This document shows positions 60,040 through 64,000 of a stretch of 64,000 nucleotides of DNA, one piece after another. Position 1 is the stretch's first letter, and every line of letters begins with the position of its first letter. This stretch comes from Mobula hypostoma (taxonomy: Eukaryota), in assembly GCF_963921235.1 (NCBI RefSeq), contig NC_086097.1, positions 112,098,001-112,162,000 on the forward strand, written 5' to 3'. The notes beneath the pieces were generated by a model. That model had not been told where the DNA came from. It worked only from the letters and a program-made list of their open reading frames with translations, and ran no database searches. The translations under genes were made by a program, and so were the position numbers.

Positions 60040-60474
60040 CATTCAGTGGCCACTTTATTAGGTACACCCATACACCTGCTCGTTAATGCAAATATTACAT
60101 CAGCCAGACATGTGACAACAATTCAATGCATAAAAACATGCTCACATGGTCAAAAAGTTCACTTGTTCTTCAGAAATCAGAATGGGGGAAGAAATGTGGT
60201 CCAAGTGACTTTGACTGTGGAATGATTGCAGGTGACACACATAGCTGTTTGAGTATCTCAGAAACTGTTGATCTTAAGGAAGAATGGTCAGACTTGTTTA
60301 AGCTGACAGGAAGGTAACAGTAACTCAAATAACTATGCATTATAACAGTGGTGTGCAAAAGGCCATCTCTTCAGACCTTAAGTGGGTGGACTACAGCAGC
60401 GGAAGACTACAAACATACTCTCAGAGGACACTTTATTAGGTACAGAAGGTACTTAATAAAGTGGCCACTGAATA
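60040..60474 (+). mobile_element. Non-autonomous Tc1-like element with both TIRs
   Basis: TA|cattcagtggccactttattaggtac ... gtacttaataaagtggccactgaata|TA. GKKCGPSDFDCGMIAG..LSISETVDL remnant. Confidence 0.9.
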
Positions 60475-62154
60475 TATTTGTTTTTATATTGTTGCCAACA
60501 ATGCAATTTTGTGAATTAGTGCAATTTCCAAAGATATCAGCAATTTAGAATTATAGTTCATTATCGGTCCAGATGTGTTACTGATACATTTCCTAACAGC
60601 TATGCTCTCTTATCTACACCATCATTTCTACTGTAAATCATAGATTTATTTTTTATCGTTATTTAGAATTAATTTTCTGTTGTTTCTCATAAATGTTGTT
60701 ACACTCAAATTGAACATTTTCATTGTTTTGTGGACCATCCATTGAGCCCACTTCAAAATATTTCCTCCAGCCAGCTTTTGGAATATTTTCCTTTCCTTTT
60801 TGGAATAACATTTTGTAAATTTCATCTTCTGCAACCTCCCTATAATCAGGTTCAGCGCTTCTTCTAATTTCCTTGTTATCCTTTACACTCTAATATACAG
60901 TCTCCCTTCTGGGATTTAGTTTAATAATTTTTAATAGATGCATAAAATAGTTTTAGCTATGTATTGTTATGGCCCTTCAGCAATTTTGACTGCTTCACTT
61001 GTATCATTAAATTTAATTTTTAGTGGCAAGGCAGATTCATTGGTATTCTAGCACCATACAGCACGGGAATGGGACCTTCGGCTCAACTGGTACGTACTGA
61101 CCAGGTGATCCCATTTGCTGACATTTGACCCATATCCCTGTAAGTATGTCCTTTCCATACACCTGTCCAAGTGCCTTATTATTAATGTAAACACATGAGA
61201 TTCTGCAGATACTGGAAATCCAGAGCAACACACACAAAATGCTGGAAGAGCTCATCACGTCAGGCAGCATCTGTGGAGAGGGGTAAACAGTGACGTTTCA
61301 TCAGGATCTTTACCATTAGTATGCTTGTCTCAACCAATTCCTATGTCAGCTCATTCCATACTGTATATGGAAACCAATTTTGGTGGCAACCAATTCCGTA
61401 TATAGACCATGCTTTGGGTAATAAAGTTGCACTCCAGATTCTTATTAGATCTCTCCCCTATTACCTTAAATGTATAAGCTCTGGCTATTTATTCCCAAAC
61501 CCTGAAAAAAGTCTGTGCACATTCATCTTACCAAAGCCCGTCATATATGCCTTCATGTGATCACCCTTCATTCTCCTACGCTTCAGTCCTAACCTTCTCA
61601 ACCTCTCTCAGTAACTCAGTTGCTGAAGACCCTGCAATATCCTTGTAAGTATTGTATGCAGTTTTTTCAAGCTGTCATTTCTAACCATATTGATTTATCT
61701 TCATATTCCTCTTTGGGTTGCCGATTTAGTCATCTCTCACCACCACTTGGCTGTCCCATGAATCTCCCTTTGGTTCTATGTCCCTTCCAGTTTGCTTCTC
61801 TAAATATCTGCTATGTCCAGCCTTTGCATCAAGAATAAGAAATACTTGGGAGGAAGACCCAATTTTTATGCAGAATTAAAACAATTCTAAGAAAATTATA
61901 TCAAGAGAGAAAGCGATTCAAAATATTCCAAAATGTAGATTAATGGAAACAGTCTGAAAATTCTTATGAAAAGCCAAAGTACATGGAAATTTCAGGGCAT
62001 AAGTGATTTTCAGTAGCCCTGAAGTCAGCTGTTTCAGTGTTTTATCCTCCAGAAAACAAGATTGTTAGTCTAAATAACCTGTCAGAAAAAGATCTAAATC
62101 AACAGTATATTATGTCCTTGTTTCTTGTACTCATTAGGGACTTTCCACGGATTA

Positions 62155-62510
62155 TAAAACCATGGGATATAGGAGCACAATTAGCCATTTAGCCCATTGA
62201 GTGTGCTCTGCTATTTCATCGTGGCTGATCCATTTCTCTTTCAGCCTCAATTTCTTGCCTTCTCCCTGTATCCTTTCATGCTCTGACTAATCAAGAATCT
62301 ATTAACCTCTGCCTTAAGTATACCCAATGACTTGGCCTCCACAGTCGCCTGCGTCAACAAATTCCAGATTCACCACCCTCTGGCTAAAGAAATTCCCTCT
62401 CATCTCCATTCTAAATGTACGTCCCTCTATTCTAAGTCTGTGTCCTCTGGGCTTAGACTCCCCCACCCGAGGAAGCATCCTCTCTACATCCACTCTATCA
62501 AGGCCTTTCC
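62155..62510 (-). mobile_element. CR1 3' fragment
   Basis: Colinear with 5690-6030 ('gattcaccaccctctggctaaagaaattcc'). Confidence 0.85.
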
Positions 62511-62984
62511 TAATTGATGTAATTCCTTCTGAACTGATGCAATATTAAAAGCTGTAACCACTTATGGGAGTAGCCTAACACAATTGCCAAATAATGGATT
62601 ATGAATTACGCCAAACATGGAAGCCATGCTGACACATGGTTATTGACTTGAGTGGACCATGCCATACATATTAAGAACCAAAGAATTCTCTTTAGTGAAT
62701 TCAAACAAAACATCAGGAAGTTGGCCATTACCATTTCCATTATAATAACAGATCAAATGGCAAATACCTCTCACTAGCTTGTACTTAATGAACCACAAGA
62801 ATATACTTCAACTCAGCAAACATTGTGGCCATCAGTGAGGGAAATTTGTGTAGATTAGGGCACAAGTTGTCTCAGCACAGAATCTACATGGAGAATTATC
62901 ACTGTCCCTTGTGTGGGCAGGGTGGAGGTACTGCAGAGATGAAGTAGACATCTACTGATAAATCCTCCTTGCCTATATTTCCCT

Positions 62985-63432
62985 GTAACACACCAACCCC
63001 CAATTTAAACTTAAACACCAGCCCAGATAGTCTGCCGCCTTCTCTCTCTGTGACTCTAAGGCTGTGAGACTGTCCCTAGCTACCGTGCTTCTTGTCTGCT
63101 AACTTTGTAGCGATTTGCCCTGCTAATATGATGAACTGAATACCGAGGCTTTGGGCCTATTCTGAGCTGCTCTGGAGATTTGGATCTAAGGGCTCAATTT
63201 GGTTCGGAATGCTGTTGTTGTTGCTCAATCCTATTGTTTGCAAGATTTGTTCTGTGTTTTTTTTCTCTCTCACAGTGAGCACTGAAGGGGGGGGGGGGTT
63301 GATATTATTTTTTTTAATTGGGTTCTTTCGGATTCCTTGCTTTGTGACTGCCTGTAAGCAAACAACTCTCAAGGGTGTATAATTTATACATACTTTGATA
63401 ATAAATGCACTCTGAAACTTTGAAACTTTGAA
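62985..63432 (+). mobile_element. Non-coding retroposon with Rex-like (CTTTGAAA) tail
   Basis: Shares its 3' part with 52360-52620 and ends 'ataaatgcactctgaaactttgaaactttgaaa'. Confidence 0.65.
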
Positions 63433-64000
63433 ATCCCCTTGGGGAATGTCTGAATTACAGAAACTTGTAATAACAATTTTAAAAGCCATATACAATGTTC
63501 CTTTCAAAAAGGGATATTTTTTTAACCAAGGACTTTCAGATGTTAAAATGGAACAAAGTCCTATATATTAATATATATAGTGGTGAAGTTGGCAATCACA
63601 AACTGTTTACACTCTAGTATCTATGAATTGCACCAAAACTGGACTTTTCTAACGTTCCTTTATTGTTCTTTTTCTTTTAATTTGGGTCCAGGCACCTGAC
63701 ATCTGGAAATTGCACCTAGGACACCCACAGACTGCTAATAGACTGGTATCCACTACCAGGATCAGAGATAAATGAACAATATTAAGACAGTAAGAATGTT
63801 ATTTTGGGTTGTTTTAGTTTTGAACCCCATGTCTAATAAAAATAAATAAACCTGCTGTGCTAAATCTGGTGCAGAACTGAAACATCAGTTCATATAAACA
63901 ATAACCATTACAACTTTTAGTTCCCTAAGTATAATTCATACTTTTTATAGCAACTTGCACATCATCTAATCCTGACAAAACTCTGCTCAGAAAAAAATTG

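Noticed and set aside
1..64000. CRISPR arrays, rRNA, true tRNA genes, prokaryotic operons
   Set aside because: None seen. The tRNA-like boxes belong to SINE heads, and the tandem repeats lack a repeat-spacer structure.

Overview
Eukaryotic, repeat-dominated window with no confidently identifiable host gene. The repeat complement (CR1 LINEs with an SGNH-esterase ORF1, V-SINE-like elements, Penelope-like elements, Rex1/Babar, L2, L1, RTE, R4/Dong, Gypsy and Tc1-like remnants) suggests a cartilaginous fish, probably a ray; this is inference. Most long ORFs are retroelement-derived or antisense shadows of them. Main points: (1) a young CR1 (43120-46503) has an uninterrupted APE+RT ORF2 with no AUG before the endonuclease domain. 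ORF2 lies in the -1 frame of ORF1, joined by a U_UUA_AAC slippery heptamer directly before the ORF1 stop, which suggests programmed -1 frameshifting. (2) A Penelope-like element carries a minimal type I hammerhead ribozyme motif (33870-33907, minus) with a palindromic, loop-less stem III, and several decayed copies occur elsewhere in the window. (3) A 5'-truncated L1 with an 11-bp TSD is inactivated by only two stop codons. (4) There are clear nested-insertion series and R4/Dong copies sitting in (TTA)n tracts. (5) A few weak exon-like signals and an 18-bp-period repeat in unique sequence may be remnants of a gene, but this cannot be established from sequence alone. Boundaries of old, decayed repeats are approximate.
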